A stretch of DNA of 52,569 bases, taken from the IMG/VR virus record IMGVR_UViG_3300046807_000026, positions 1 through 52,569 of that record, one strand, 5' to 3'. The position numbers and the translations under genes are program-made. How positions within the stretch are numbered: position 1 is the first letter of the stretch; every line of letters starts with the position of its first letter. A model generated the notes under the pieces. It searched no databases. It was not told the DNA's origin and worked only from the letters and a program-made list of their open reading frames with translations. Shown in pieces: positions 20,901 through 29,154 of this stretch. This DNA comes from a virus (Duplodnaviria; Caudoviricetes).

Positions 20901-22597
20901 TACTAAACAATCCAAATTCTTCTTTAGCTGAGTTAGAAGCTGCTGGTGGTGCTTACACTACGGCGATGATCAATGCTAATAAGGCAATCGACATTGCTAG
21001 AACTAGTATTGTACAAGCTGGTATTGATGCTGAAGTTGCTTATTACAGAGAAGAATACAACAAACTAAAGAGCAGTATTGCTGATGCAATTACTACAGCT
21101 TTATTTGATGGTGGTAAAGCAGGTGGTAAGAAACTTCGTGATATTTTACAAGCTGAATTACGCAAGCCTATTACAGTATTTGTAAATGCTGTAGTTAACA
21201 GCTTAATGGGTAATTCAACAGGTGCATCTGGTGGTAATCTAATGGGTAATCTTGCCAGTTCATTTATCTCTAAAGCTGCAGGTAGTATCTCTATTGGTGG
21301 TGGTTCATTAGCTGCTGCTGGTGAAGCTTTTGGTACTGGTTTCATGACAACCATACAAGGTGGTTCAGTTGCTGAAGCTGCTGGTGCATATAGTGCCGCT
21401 GGTATGCAAGGTGTTAGTACTGGTTTATCTGCTGGTGCTCAATTAGCAACTGCTGTACCTTACGTAGCTGCTGCACTTGTTGCTTTGAATGCTCTTGGTG
21501 CTTTCCGTACTACTAAACAAGTTGGTGGTGGTATCTCAGGTACACTAGGTGAAGGTGATATCAACAGTTACGCTACAATGCGTAAATCAGGTACTCTATT
21601 CAGAGGTCCATCATACTGGAGAGAAAACCGTGGTGAGTTCTCTGGTTCTGATGCACTACAAGCTACTTTTGCTGATCTAAAGAATTCAACTAGTATGATG
21701 GCAGAAGCCATTGGTAAATCTTCAGATGACATTGCAGGTTACACTAAGAAAATTGAAATTAGTTTTGATGGTTTAACTGACGCACAGATTCAAGATAAGA
21801 TTGCTACGACTTTTAAAGATGTAGGTAATGAACTTGCTGCATTGGTACTAGGTGCTGGTGCTACTGCTGAACAGTTGAGTTCTTTATACAATAATGTAAT
21901 GCAACAGCGTTATGATCTTGAAACCAAACTACTTGAGTTACAAGGTGATACTCTTGCTTTACGTGAAAGAGAACGTGCTAAAATCTACGATAGCAATAAA
22001 GCATTGTACGATCAAATTACTGCACTTGAAGATAAGAAAGCTGCTGACGAAGAAGCTGTAAGAGCTATGGAAAAGCTTACCAGTGTAACAACTACTATTG
22101 TAGACGAGATTAATCGCTTACGTGGTGTTAACACTAGTCAGTCTGGTCTAGAGGCTCAATTCGCTATTCTAACTGCTCAGGCTCGTTCTGGTGACTTAAC
22201 TGCACTAGCTCAACTACCTGAAGTTACTAAAGGTCTAGAACAAATCGCAGCTTCTACTGCTGTGAATGCAACTGATATTATTTTTGCTAGAGCTAAACTT
22301 GCTCAATCATTGCAAGATACATTGGGTTACACAGGTGGTTTCAATACCTCTTCTGCAACTTCAATGGCAACTGTCAGTGCTGTATCTAGTTCTGGTACTT
22401 CTGTATCTTCTAACGTTAGTGCTAACTCTAGCAACCAAGAGTTGTTAGCTGCTTTAGTTACTGAAATGCAAGGTCTACGTGCTGAAGTCAGAGCAGATGT
22501 ATCACACAATGCTAAGACAGCTAAGATTCTAGAACGTGCTAACCAAGATGGTGAAACACTAAGCGTATCAGCTACTATTGATGGAGGTGTAGTTTGA
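17990..22597 (+). CDS. Tail tape measure protein
   Basis: 1535 aa, Ala/Lys/Gln-rich and helical; lambda-type motif QMGDVGISLASGMNPLLVMIQQGDQI; follows the chaperones. Confidence 0.92.
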   Translation: MELSTLKFVVDTKELVDAAKKIDALAVSVSKVNKPIATAALESEKLAQAQAKTALAAAKVEEANTKAAIAAEKLAKAQTVVTDSSKTQMSILEKQQSITSYMSEGLSKGMATVMSYGKAAGLAADDLKLLLDTLQTQKKFSGDPFDKSLSGVTSLKNELGILKEVQRLYGSGVELTSKQVRELASDKERLMVKLREEGASLSTMKSSLRSLNSEYITLATSINKFSDAETQMIKQQKDAAKATAYLADADARLAAALADTNKALDKQATDALVKYEKALKQSGMSADEAAAKLSVAKKQFEGIADKKQADRLQYLARAISVQMGDVGISLASGMNPLLVMIQQGDQIRGAIQQAGASGKELEKAMAGAAGQIATSFLQTGKAIGGFFVNAVKSAGNAIFGLPIAVGVSAFGALTGNVETSAAAFDRLKIAAIAFSKVGIVAVIATLATLATVMYESIKFERELSVNLATTGSNMKMNRTEAIAYAQSLASAGKSTYQYATVLSTMAKEGYNAGANFKLVADSAIEMEKYAGTPIANTVKAFEELSTKPVEGIEKLAKEMRGVSPEVVKLVNELARQGKVADAASVAIKEMARINAAAVKQIAADAGYLERIWLDVIDNIAKGWARVKGFVLGWGTEDTLNVQLMQKQKQLAGFKEGDTRPLIAAEKTKIENEIRGLQEQIELQTKAKSLREANDVKAKAETEWQGLLNKHLAKESEIKRDLAEIERVGLKAGKDAVEIQKLKNEYLAKQPKTAVTVQASKDLSIIQKDYGEQLKLAEGFARDERSILKARFDAGLIERADFIAQDTDLLSRSEQKQLDVINSFSAKYRTAYEDQATLLSQAFTKAKDPENKKQLQEQLVNLTKDFVEFNATVEDTKAKLGSAFSAREQVALLEFEKAAFASTKTFKEYVKSQEDAAENKRVDLELQDRLTNAYGAEAASIKAVADETKRQTAEVSKFTKAQEEAYKQYLIVLNNPNSSLAELEAAGGAYTTAMINANKAIDIARTSIVQAGIDAEVAYYREEYNKLKSSIADAITTALFDGGKAGGKKLRDILQAELRKPITVFVNAVVNSLMGNSTGASGGNLMGNLASSFISKAAGSISIGGGSLAAAGEAFGTGFMTTIQGGSVAEAAGAYSAAGMQGVSTGLSAGAQLATAVPYVAAALVALNALGAFRTTKQVGGGISGTLGEGDINSYATMRKSGTLFRGPSYWRENRGEFSGSDALQATFADLKNSTSMMAEAIGKSSDDIAGYTKKIEISFDGLTDAQIQDKIATTFKDVGNELAALVLGAGATAEQLSSLYNNVMQQRYDLETKLLELQGDTLALRERERAKIYDSNKALYDQITALEDKKAADEEAVRAMEKLTSVTTTIVDEINRLRGVNTSQSGLEAQFAILTAQARSGDLTALAQLPEVTKGLEQIAASTAVNATDIIFARAKLAQSLQDTLGYTGGFNTSSATSMATVSAVSSSGTSVSSNVSANSSNQELLAALVTEMQGLRAEVRADVSHNAKTAKILERANQDGETLSVSATIDGGVV

Positions 22598-23160
22598 CAA
22601 CTACTGTTCAATTAAAACGAGGTACTAGGGCTAAAATAGATGCCCTAGCTTCTACAGGGGGTTTGCTGGAAGGTGAACCCCTTTTTATTACCGATGAAAA
22701 AAAGTTAGCAGTAGCTAGTACAAATAATGCTTATACTACTGCAGCAATGCTTGATAGTAATGGAGTTGTATTAACACCAAACAGACCAGTATTTCAAGGG
22801 TATTTTGGTTCTTACACAGGTAATGCAACAAATTATTCTCCACAATTATTAACAGATTTTGCTACTAATGTTATTGTGAATAGTACAAATTCATCTATTA
22901 CAGTACCAATTACTGGAAAATATTTAGTACAAGCACATCAACTGGTAAACACGACTTCAACACAATCATATTTGAGTATACGTCAAAATGGTGGTACATT
23001 TAAATACGCATACTCAAATAATGATGATAGTTATGATTTACAAATAAATTGTATAATTAATTTATCAGCTAATGATGTTGTAAGTTTTTATTATCAAGGT
23101 ACTACTACTTATTCTTGGACAGGACCACACTCTTCAGTATTTTTAACATTTTTAGGATAA
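22594..23160 (+). CDS. Short fibre/spike with Mtd-N-like anchor and C1q/TNF-like C-terminal domain
   Basis: TTG start with RBS ggaggt; VQLKRGT...LLEGEP; PVFQG...TVPITGKYLV...INLSANDVV...F-x-x-FLG. Confidence 0.6.
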   Translation: MTTTVQLKRGTRAKIDALASTGGLLEGEPLFITDEKKLAVASTNNAYTTAAMLDSNGVVLTPNRPVFQGYFGSYTGNATNYSPQLLTDFATNVIVNSTNSSITVPITGKYLVQAHQLVNTTSTQSYLSIRQNGGTFKYAYSNNDDSYDLQINCIINLSANDVVSFYYQGTTTYSWTGPHSSVFLTFLG

Positions 23161-23162
23161 AC

Positions 23163-23432
23163 ATGCAATATATTATTGAATTAACTGAAGCAGAAAATAA
23201 GGCATTATCTTATGTTGCTACAAATCCACAAGCATGGATTAACAATGCTATTAAATCAAGATGTGTTAATGCAGTTGAAAATATTATTCCAATTGTAATT
23301 AATAAATGCATTGAAACAAATACACAAATTCCTAATAATAAGGATGACATGGTACTCTTAGCTTTTGAACAAGGTTGGGTTGAAACCGCAGAAGCAAAAG
23401 AAGTTAAATTTTTAGCTTCACTTAGAACATAA
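23163..23432 (+). CDS. Hypothetical protein, partner of the C1q-like fibre
   Basis: ATG 23163 after RBS agga; helical protein. Confidence 0.55.
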   Translation: MQYIIELTEAENKALSYVATNPQAWINNAIKSRCVNAVENIIPIVINKCIETNTQIPNNKDDMVLLAFEQGWVETAEAKEVKFLASLRT

Positions 23433-23444
23433 GAAAGATAAGTT

Positions 23445-25082
23445 ATGAATTTAGTAAAACCAGAAAGTATTACAACTACTGGTGCTATTACTAGAAGTAC
23501 TATAGGTACTTATTTTAATAGTTCTGGTGTTATGCAAACTGCAGCTATTGATGCTGTGCGTATTAATTATGATCCGTATACAAAAGAGTTTAAAGGTGTA
23601 TTGATCGAGAATGCATCTACGAATCGTATTTTGTATTCTGAACAACTTGATCAGTATCCTGCATATGGTAAGTATAATGCTTCAATTTCAGCAAATAGTG
23701 CAATTGCTCCAGATGGTACAACAACTTTTGATGGTGTAATAGCTTCAGCTACAAATACAGAGCATTTAACAGAACAAGAAATAACTTCAATTACTCCTGC
23801 CACTAATCATACTTATAGTTTATATATCAAAAAGGGTATTTCTGAAAAGACACAAGTTAGAATATATGGTGGAGTTACAGGTTATATTGGTGAGTTTATT
23901 GGATTTACTTTTGATTTCAACACAAAGAGTATTACTCCGTGGATCAATAGCTCTACAGGTTCTATTGCTGAATGTAATTTTGAACAAATTTCTACAGATA
24001 TATACAGAGTTTGGATAACAGGTATTCCAACTATAGATGCAACTAAAGTTTTATTTAGATTGGTACTAATTCAACCTAATACAGGAAATCTTGTATATAC
24101 TGGAGATGGTACTAGTATCTTAGTATATGTATGGGGTTGGCAAGCTGAACTCGGTAACTTAACAAGTTATATTAAAACAACTACTGCTGCAGTTACTCGT
24201 GCTGCTGATATTATTACAGGTTCCGGTTTAGTTTATACAAACTTAACAAATGCCTATGCTGAATGGTCTTCTGGTACTACTTATGCAATAGGTACATATG
24301 TATCATACGGAATTTATGGAACATATCTTAGCTTACAAAATAGTAACTTAAATCAAAATCCTTTAACTGCTACAACCTATTGGACTCGAACTGGACCAAC
24401 TAATAAGATGGCTGCATTCGATGATCAAATTAGTAGTACATCAACTTCTACATCTGATATTATTTTTGCGGTTACTGCATCTTCTATTGATACTATAGCT
24501 TTGCTAAACGTCAATGGAAGTAGAACTGCTGTAGCTGTATCTGATGCAAGTTTGAAAATACCTATCTATCATAATACACAGCAGTTAACTGGTGGAGATT
24601 CAGTTGATTGGTATGGTTATTTCTTCTATGATGCAGATACCGTTAGAAACACTAGTATTTATCTAGATATTCCAACAGCATCAAATGTATTGATTAGTGT
24701 AAAAATAACTGGAGTTGGAACAACTGCCATTGGAACGTTTGTTACGGGTGTACTGAAAAATCTAGGAAATACTCAATATGGTGTTAGTGCTGGTATTATT
24801 GATTACTCCAGAAAAGATACTGATGAATTTGGTAATGTAACTTTCATTAAACGAAACTACAGTAAACGAATTAACGCCAGTGTTTCACTTACAAATTCTA
24901 ACTTGAATAAAGTACAACGTATCTTATATCAAATTAGAGCTACCCCTGTACTCTGGCTTGCTAGTACAGATATTCAATTTGAAGAACCATTAATTACATA
25001 TGGATTCTATCGTGATTTCTCTACTGAAATTTCATACCCTACTCATTCTATCTGTAATCTACAGATCGAAGGTTTAATTTAA
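23445..25082 (+). CDS. Tail tip / distal tail structural protein with a carbohydrate-binding-like insertion
   Basis: Follows the tape measure; GVLIENASTN...WGWQAE...TRAAD lectin-like module; C-terminal GIIDYSRKDTDEFGN. Confidence 0.55.
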   Translation: MNLVKPESITTTGAITRSTIGTYFNSSGVMQTAAIDAVRINYDPYTKEFKGVLIENASTNRILYSEQLDQYPAYGKYNASISANSAIAPDGTTTFDGVIASATNTEHLTEQEITSITPATNHTYSLYIKKGISEKTQVRIYGGVTGYIGEFIGFTFDFNTKSITPWINSSTGSIAECNFEQISTDIYRVWITGIPTIDATKVLFRLVLIQPNTGNLVYTGDGTSILVYVWGWQAELGNLTSYIKTTTAAVTRAADIITGSGLVYTNLTNAYAEWSSGTTYAIGTYVSYGIYGTYLSLQNSNLNQNPLTATTYWTRTGPTNKMAAFDDQISSTSTSTSDIIFAVTASSIDTIALLNVNGSRTAVAVSDASLKIPIYHNTQQLTGGDSVDWYGYFFYDADTVRNTSIYLDIPTASNVLISVKITGVGTTAIGTFVTGVLKNLGNTQYGVSAGIIDYSRKDTDEFGNVTFIKRNYSKRINASVSLTNSNLNKVQRILYQIRATPVLWLASTDIQFEEPLITYGFYRDFSTEISYPTHSICNLQIEGLI

Positions 25083-25094
25083 TAAGGAAATAAT

Positions 25095-26156
25095 ATGGCT
25101 ATTACAGCTTTACCAACACCACCAAGTAGACAAGACCCTACGAACTTTAATGATAGGGCTGATGCTTTCCTTGGTGCATTACCTACATTTCAAGCTGAAG
25201 CTAACGCTTTGCAAGTAAATGTGAATACAAGCGAAGCTAATGCTGTTGCTTCTGCTGCTGCAGTTCTAGCAGCTACCAACATCGTAAAATGGGTTAGCGG
25301 TACAACATATGCGAATGGTGCTGTTGTATGGAGTCCTATCAACGGTCTAGCATATCGCAGAATTACAACTTCTGGTTCTGGAACAACTGACCCATCTGCA
25401 GATACCACTAACTATAAACAAGTTAACGGTACTGGTGATGTAGGTACTTCTGGTGATCAAACTATTGCAGGTACTAAAACATTCACCTCTACCATTATTG
25501 GAAGTATTACTGGTAATGCTGGTACTGTTACCAACGGTGTTTACACTACTGGTAATCAGACTATTGCTGGAACTAAAACATTTACTAGTACTATTTTATT
25601 AGCTGACAATGGTTGGAGATTCAACTCAGATGGTGGTCAAGATACAGGTATGTACTGGATTGCAGATGGACGAATTGGTGTTCTCTGCAATAATAGTACA
25701 GTCGGTGAGTTTAATGCACAAGGGTGGACTGGTCAAGCTGCTTCACTTTATATTCCTGTTTCTGCAGGTAATTCTTATGTTGCTGTTACAACTAATGCAC
25801 AGAGTGGTTTCAGTACTAACAATAGTACTTATTATAAAATAGGCGGTAGAATTGTAACGCTAGGTTCTGGTGCTGTAAGAATTAAGGTTGTTGTGTATCT
25901 TGGTTTTGATTCTTCAGGATACTATACTTGTCCAGCATATTATAAAGTTTATAAAAATGGTGTAGCAATTACTGGTGATATTTTTGTGAATAGTGGTACT
26001 CCAGTTACATGGACAGGAGATTTTACTTGCAGCAATGGAGATACATTTGAAGTTTATGGTAGACCTAATCTTAATGGTTATGGAACAGCAGGTAACATAT
26101 CTTCAGGTTTTGCAAACTATCCTTCTATTTCACCTGCTATTGCTTATATTGGTTAA
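25095..26156 (+). CDS. Tail fibre protein
   Basis: N-terminal ITALPTPPSR...F...ADAF; duplicated G-x-QTIAGTKTFTSTI shaft repeat. Confidence 0.7.
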   Translation: MAITALPTPPSRQDPTNFNDRADAFLGALPTFQAEANALQVNVNTSEANAVASAAAVLAATNIVKWVSGTTYANGAVVWSPINGLAYRRITTSGSGTTDPSADTTNYKQVNGTGDVGTSGDQTIAGTKTFTSTIIGSITGNAGTVTNGVYTTGNQTIAGTKTFTSTILLADNGWRFNSDGGQDTGMYWIADGRIGVLCNNSTVGEFNAQGWTGQAASLYIPVSAGNSYVAVTTNAQSGFSTNNSTYYKIGGRIVTLGSGAVRIKVVVYLGFDSSGYYTCPAYYKVYKNGVAITGDIFVNSGTPVTWTGDFTCSNGDTFEVYGRPNLNGYGTAGNISSGFANYPSISPAIAYIG

Positions 26157-26162
26157 GGAGAC

Positions 26163-26411
26163 ATGATGTATTGTATTAGTGTTAATGAAGAATTTAGAAT
26201 TGCAAATGTATATGATGATTCTGTTTACTTAGATGAAGGTGTAATTGTATTTCCAATTACAGAAGAACAATTTAAAACCATCAGGGAAACAAGTTATCAT
26301 AACGATTGGTTATTTAAAGATGGGCAGTTAATATCTGATCCATTGGAGAAACCTGATCCTTATGCTCCTTTACCAAAACAAATTAATAAATTACCAGTGG
26401 AGATTCTATGA
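26163..26411 (+). CDS. Hypothetical protein (possible fibre chaperone)
   Basis: RBS aaggag; follows the fibre gene. Confidence 0.5.
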   Translation: MMYCISVNEEFRIANVYDDSVYLDEGVIVFPITEEQFKTIRETSYHNDWLFKDGQLISDPLEKPDPYAPLPKQINKLPVEIL

Positions 26412-26764
26412 GCCAACCAGACATTAATATCGGATGTGTAGCTAATCTGTATTCCAGAATGATGCATTTTCAAAAAGCTGGTGATGTAGAGATTGGTCAT
26501 ACTCATCAGTTTGATCACTTAACTTTACTAGCTAAGGGTCGTTTAAAAGTAGTTGTAGACGGTAAAGAATCAATCTTTACTGCACCTCAAATGATTTATA
26601 TTAAAGCAGATAAAGTACACGAGCTTACTGCTTTAACTGATCAGACAGTTGCCTACTGTATCCATGCATTACGTGATAAAGATAATAACGACATTCTTGA
26701 TCCCAGTATGATTCCTGAGGGTGTAAATCCAATGGAACTAGCTGGTAAATTAATCACAAATTAA
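26408..26764 (+). CDS. Cupin-domain protein
   Basis: GHTHQFDHLTLLAKG...HELTA cupin metal-binding motifs. Confidence 0.8.
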   Translation: MSQPDINIGCVANLYSRMMHFQKAGDVEIGHTHQFDHLTLLAKGRLKVVVDGKESIFTAPQMIYIKADKVHELTALTDQTVAYCIHALRDKDNNDILDPSMIPEGVNPMELAGKLITN

Positions 26765-26767
26765 TCC

Positions 26768-26796
26768 TTGATTTTTATCAATCCTAATGATATAAT
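26768..26796 (+). promoter_or_regulatory. Sigma70-type promoter for the lysis cassette
   Basis: TTGATT-N17-TATAAT with extended -10. Confidence 0.7.
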
Positions 26797-26811
26797 AGTA
26801 GTTATCATAAT

Positions 26812-26833
26812 AGACCACCTTCGGGTGGTTTAT
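26812..26833 (+). terminator. UUCG hairpin (terminator or attenuator) before the lysis genes
   Basis: agaccacc-TTCG-ggtggttt. Confidence 0.55.
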
Positions 26834-26868
26834 TCGTTTATAACTCAGATAGTGAAAGTAGAAGTAGT

Positions 26869-27096
26869 ATGCCAGAACAAATTGAACACCGTGTTATTAA
26901 ACTTGAATTAAAAGTTGAAGATCATGCAGAAGAATTGAAAAAGCTTCAGGATATTTCTACTGATCTACGTAATTCATTAACAGGTATTGAAAAAACTTTA
27001 AACCAAATTAAGTATCTAGCAATGGGTGCTGTATTAGTAGTACTAACTCAATCAATGGGTATTACTAATGTATTAAAAATGATTGTCGGGTTATAA
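26869..27096 (+). CDS. Membrane protein, coiled coil plus C-terminal TM (holin/antiholin- or XhlA-like)
   Basis: Heptad N-terminus, hydrophobic C-terminus, first gene of the lysis cassette. Confidence 0.5.
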   Translation: MPEQIEHRVIKLELKVEDHAEELKKLQDISTDLRNSLTGIEKTLNQIKYLAMGAVLVVLTQSMGITNVLKMIVGL

Positions 27097-27302
27097 TGAA
27101 ATTATATAGCAACTGGAAAGACATTGTTAGGAAAGCATGGAGTATTAAATTTATAATCCTTGCTGGAATTCTATCTGCTTTTGAAGTCATTCTACCTTTA
27201 TATTTTGATATGTTTGATCGTGGTACATTTGCGGCTCTAAGCTTTGTATCCGTATCTGCAGCATTTGTAGCGCGTATTGTAGCTCAAAAGGATATCGAAT
27301 GA
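27096..27302 (+). CDS. Holin (2 TM)
   Basis: NWK...KAWS motif, two hydrophobic helices, directly upstream of the endolysin. Confidence 0.7.
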   Translation: MKLYSNWKDIVRKAWSIKFIILAGILSAFEVILPLYFDMFDRGTFAALSFVSVSAAFVARIVAQKDIE

Positions 27303-27778
27303 AAATGAAAATGAGATCGTTAGCTGCAGGTCTGGTTTTATCCGCAGGTGGATTAATTACAGTTGCTCTACACGAAGGTTACAGAAGTGATGCATACATA
27401 CCAGTAGCTGGAGATGTTGCTACAATCGGTTTTGGCAGCACAACTAACTCCGATGGTACTCGGGTATTCATTGGACAAAAAACATCACCAGAAAAGGCTT
27501 TAAAGCGTCTTAATGAGGATTTGGAGGTGTTCGAAGAGGCCGTTAGAAACTGTGCTCCTGTTCCCATGTACCAATATGAATACGATGCTTACGTGTCTCT
27601 TACTTATAACATTGGAGTATCTGCGTTTTGTAAATCAACATTAGTCACTAAGTTGAATACTTTTGATTATGCTGGAGCTTGTAAAGAGATTCTTAAATGG
27701 GATAAGTTCAAAGGTAAATCATTGCCCGGATTAACTAAACGTAGAAAAGAAGAATATAATGCTTGCATTGGTCAATAA
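27299..27778 (+). CDS. Endolysin, GH24 lysozyme, probable SAR type
   Basis: E-x8-D-x5-T catalytic pattern (HEGY...AGDVATIGFG); YNIG and GLTKRR motifs; Gly/Ala-rich hydrophobic N-terminus. Confidence 0.9.
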   Translation: MKMKMRSLAAGLVLSAGGLITVALHEGYRSDAYIPVAGDVATIGFGSTTNSDGTRVFIGQKTSPEKALKRLNEDLEVFEEAVRNCAPVPMYQYEYDAYVSLTYNIGVSAFCKSTLVTKLNTFDYAGACKEILKWDKFKGKSLPGLTKRRKEEYNACIGQ

Positions 27779-28262
27779 TATACAAACTTTAGTAGTAAAA
27801 GCTGCAGTAATTGTATGTGTACTTCTTGGTTTATTTTTTGTGCATAACTGGCAGGTTAATACTGCTGTAAACAAAGCTGTAGCTACTCAAAAAGCAGAAT
27901 ACGACAAACTAAATCAATCTTTACAAACTAAAAGCATTATATCCGAAGGCAGCATTAAGAATGATGTGAATTCAATAATAAAGGAAAAAGATGCTAAGAT
28001 TAAAGATATTACTTATAAGTATAACGCTACTATTGACAGCTTGCGCCAGTACTCAAAAAGTGCAAGTACCACAAGCAATATTACCTCAAATTCCAGCAAT
28101 GCAGAAAGCACCAAAGGAATTGCTACAGAGGGATTATTTGAGCGACATGCAGAAGTCTCTCTTGGAATTGCTAAAAATGCAGAAGAATTAAAGCAGCATT
28201 TAAACGCTTGCTACCAACAGTATGATACTGTAAAAGATCAATTAGATATTTATCGCAAATAA
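27759..28262 (+). CDS. i-spanin (Rz-like)
   Basis: N-terminal TM followed by coiled coil; follows the endolysin. Confidence 0.75.
   Translation: MLALVNNIQTLVVKAAVIVCVLLGLFFVHNWQVNTAVNKAVATQKAEYDKLNQSLQTKSIISEGSIKNDVNSIIKEKDAKIKDITYKYNATIDSLRQYSKSASTTSNITSNSSNAESTKGIATEGLFERHAEVSLGIAKNAEELKQHLNACYQQYDTVKDQLDIYRK
27991..28191 (+). CDS. o-spanin (Rz1-like) lipoprotein embedded in the i-spanin gene
   Basis: +1 frame inside the i-spanin; RBS aagga; signal peptide with lipobox LTAC; Pro-containing mature part. Confidence 0.8.
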   Translation: MLRLKILLISITLLLTACASTQKVQVPQAILPQIPAMQKAPKELLQRDYLSDMQKSLLELLKMQKN

Positions 28263-28307
28263 AAAACCCCTAGAGGAAACCTTACGGAATCTTCTAGGGG
28301 CTTTTTT
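28261..28307. terminator. Bidirectional terminator between the convergent late and replication arms
   Basis: A-run, cccctagagga...tcttctagggg stem, T-run. Confidence 0.85.
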
Positions 28308-28317
28308 ACGTCTGTAC

Positions 28318-28560
28318 TTATCGTACAAATTCTTTCAATTGTTCTGCTGACATAGAACCTGTATAACGTTTTACAACTTGTGTTTCTTCCATCAGGATTA
28401 GTGTTGGTACTCCACGAATATTAAACTCAGTCGTAGCTATAGGATCAGCATCAATGTCAATTGTAGAGATTGGAATTCCAAGATTTGCAGCTTGTGCTAC
28501 TTTCACCATCGGTCCACAAGTTTTACACCAATGAGCCTTAAAGATTACTAAATTTTTCAT
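28318..28560 (-). CDS. Thioredoxin
   Basis: WCKTC CxxC motif and IRGVPTL cis-Pro motif; downstream of the RNR genes. Confidence 0.85.
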   Translation of the reverse strand: MKNLVIFKAHWCKTCGPMVKVAQAANLGIPISTIDIDADPIATTEFNIRGVPTLILMEETQVVKRYTGSMSAEQLKEFVR

Positions 28561-29117
28561 TTACCATGCCTTTCTGTATATAAATAACCATTCTCTTTTA
28601 GCGATTCAATTGCTGATTCTCTTGCTTGTATTGCAAGTTGTTTTGCCAAATCTTCACCATATTTATTAACACTAAAAGATTTACTCTTTTGTTTACCTTC
28701 ACCATCATACCATAATCCTCTCCAAGAATTAATAACAGGAGAATAAGACACACCTGTTATACCTGAAGTATTATGCGACATTTTTTTAACATTGTGTGCA
28801 TTATCAAATGATAGTACCATTTTTAAATTTGAAATTCTATTATTATGCGGATTACCATCAATGTGATCAATAACATATCCTTCTGGAATTATACAAAGAT
28901 TTTCCATTTCAAATATAATACGTTGAATATAATAGGAGCGACTATTGATACTTACAGCAGAGTTTTTGGGTGTACCATCTTCATAGAATCTTAGACAACC
29001 CGCATTTGTATCTTTTAATACAATTACATTATTGAACTTAGGATTTCTACGTGTATATTTCCACTTCAAACATGTTGGGGATGATTCATCATAATAGAAA
29101 ATATTTTCCCAATTCAT
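28557..29117 (-). CDS. HNH homing endonuclease with AP2-like C-terminal domain
   Basis: IDHIDGNPHNNRISNL; SGITGVS...W...KSKSFSVNKYG. Confidence 0.85.
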   Translation of the reverse strand: MNWENIFYYDESSPTCLKWKYTRRNPKFNNVIVLKDTNAGCLRFYEDGTPKNSAVSINSRSYYIQRIIFEMENLCIIPEGYVIDHIDGNPHNNRISNLKMVLSFDNAHNVKKMSHNTSGITGVSYSPVINSWRGLWYDGEGKQKSKSFSVNKYGEDLAKQLAIQARESAIESLKENGYLYTERHGK

Positions 29118-29134
29118 AATAATCTTTCATATGA

Positions 29135-29150
29135 AGGAGCCGAAGCTCCT
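29135..29150 (-). terminator. UUCG hairpin after nrdA
   Basis: aggagc-TTCG-gctcct on the minus strand; weak U-tail. Confidence 0.45.
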
Positions 29151-29154
29151 ATTG

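Noticed and set aside
18334-22611. Antisense ORFs within the tape measure gene, and similar ones elsewhere (e.g. 1575, 11754, 15629, 34375, 43196)
   Set aside because: These are shadow ORFs caused by codon bias of the sense gene; they have no RBS or recognisable motifs.
1435-26156. Diversity-generating retroelement acting on the Mtd-like fibres
   Set aside because: No RT and no TR/VR pair differing at adenines was seen. The 40-bp repeat is exact and coding.
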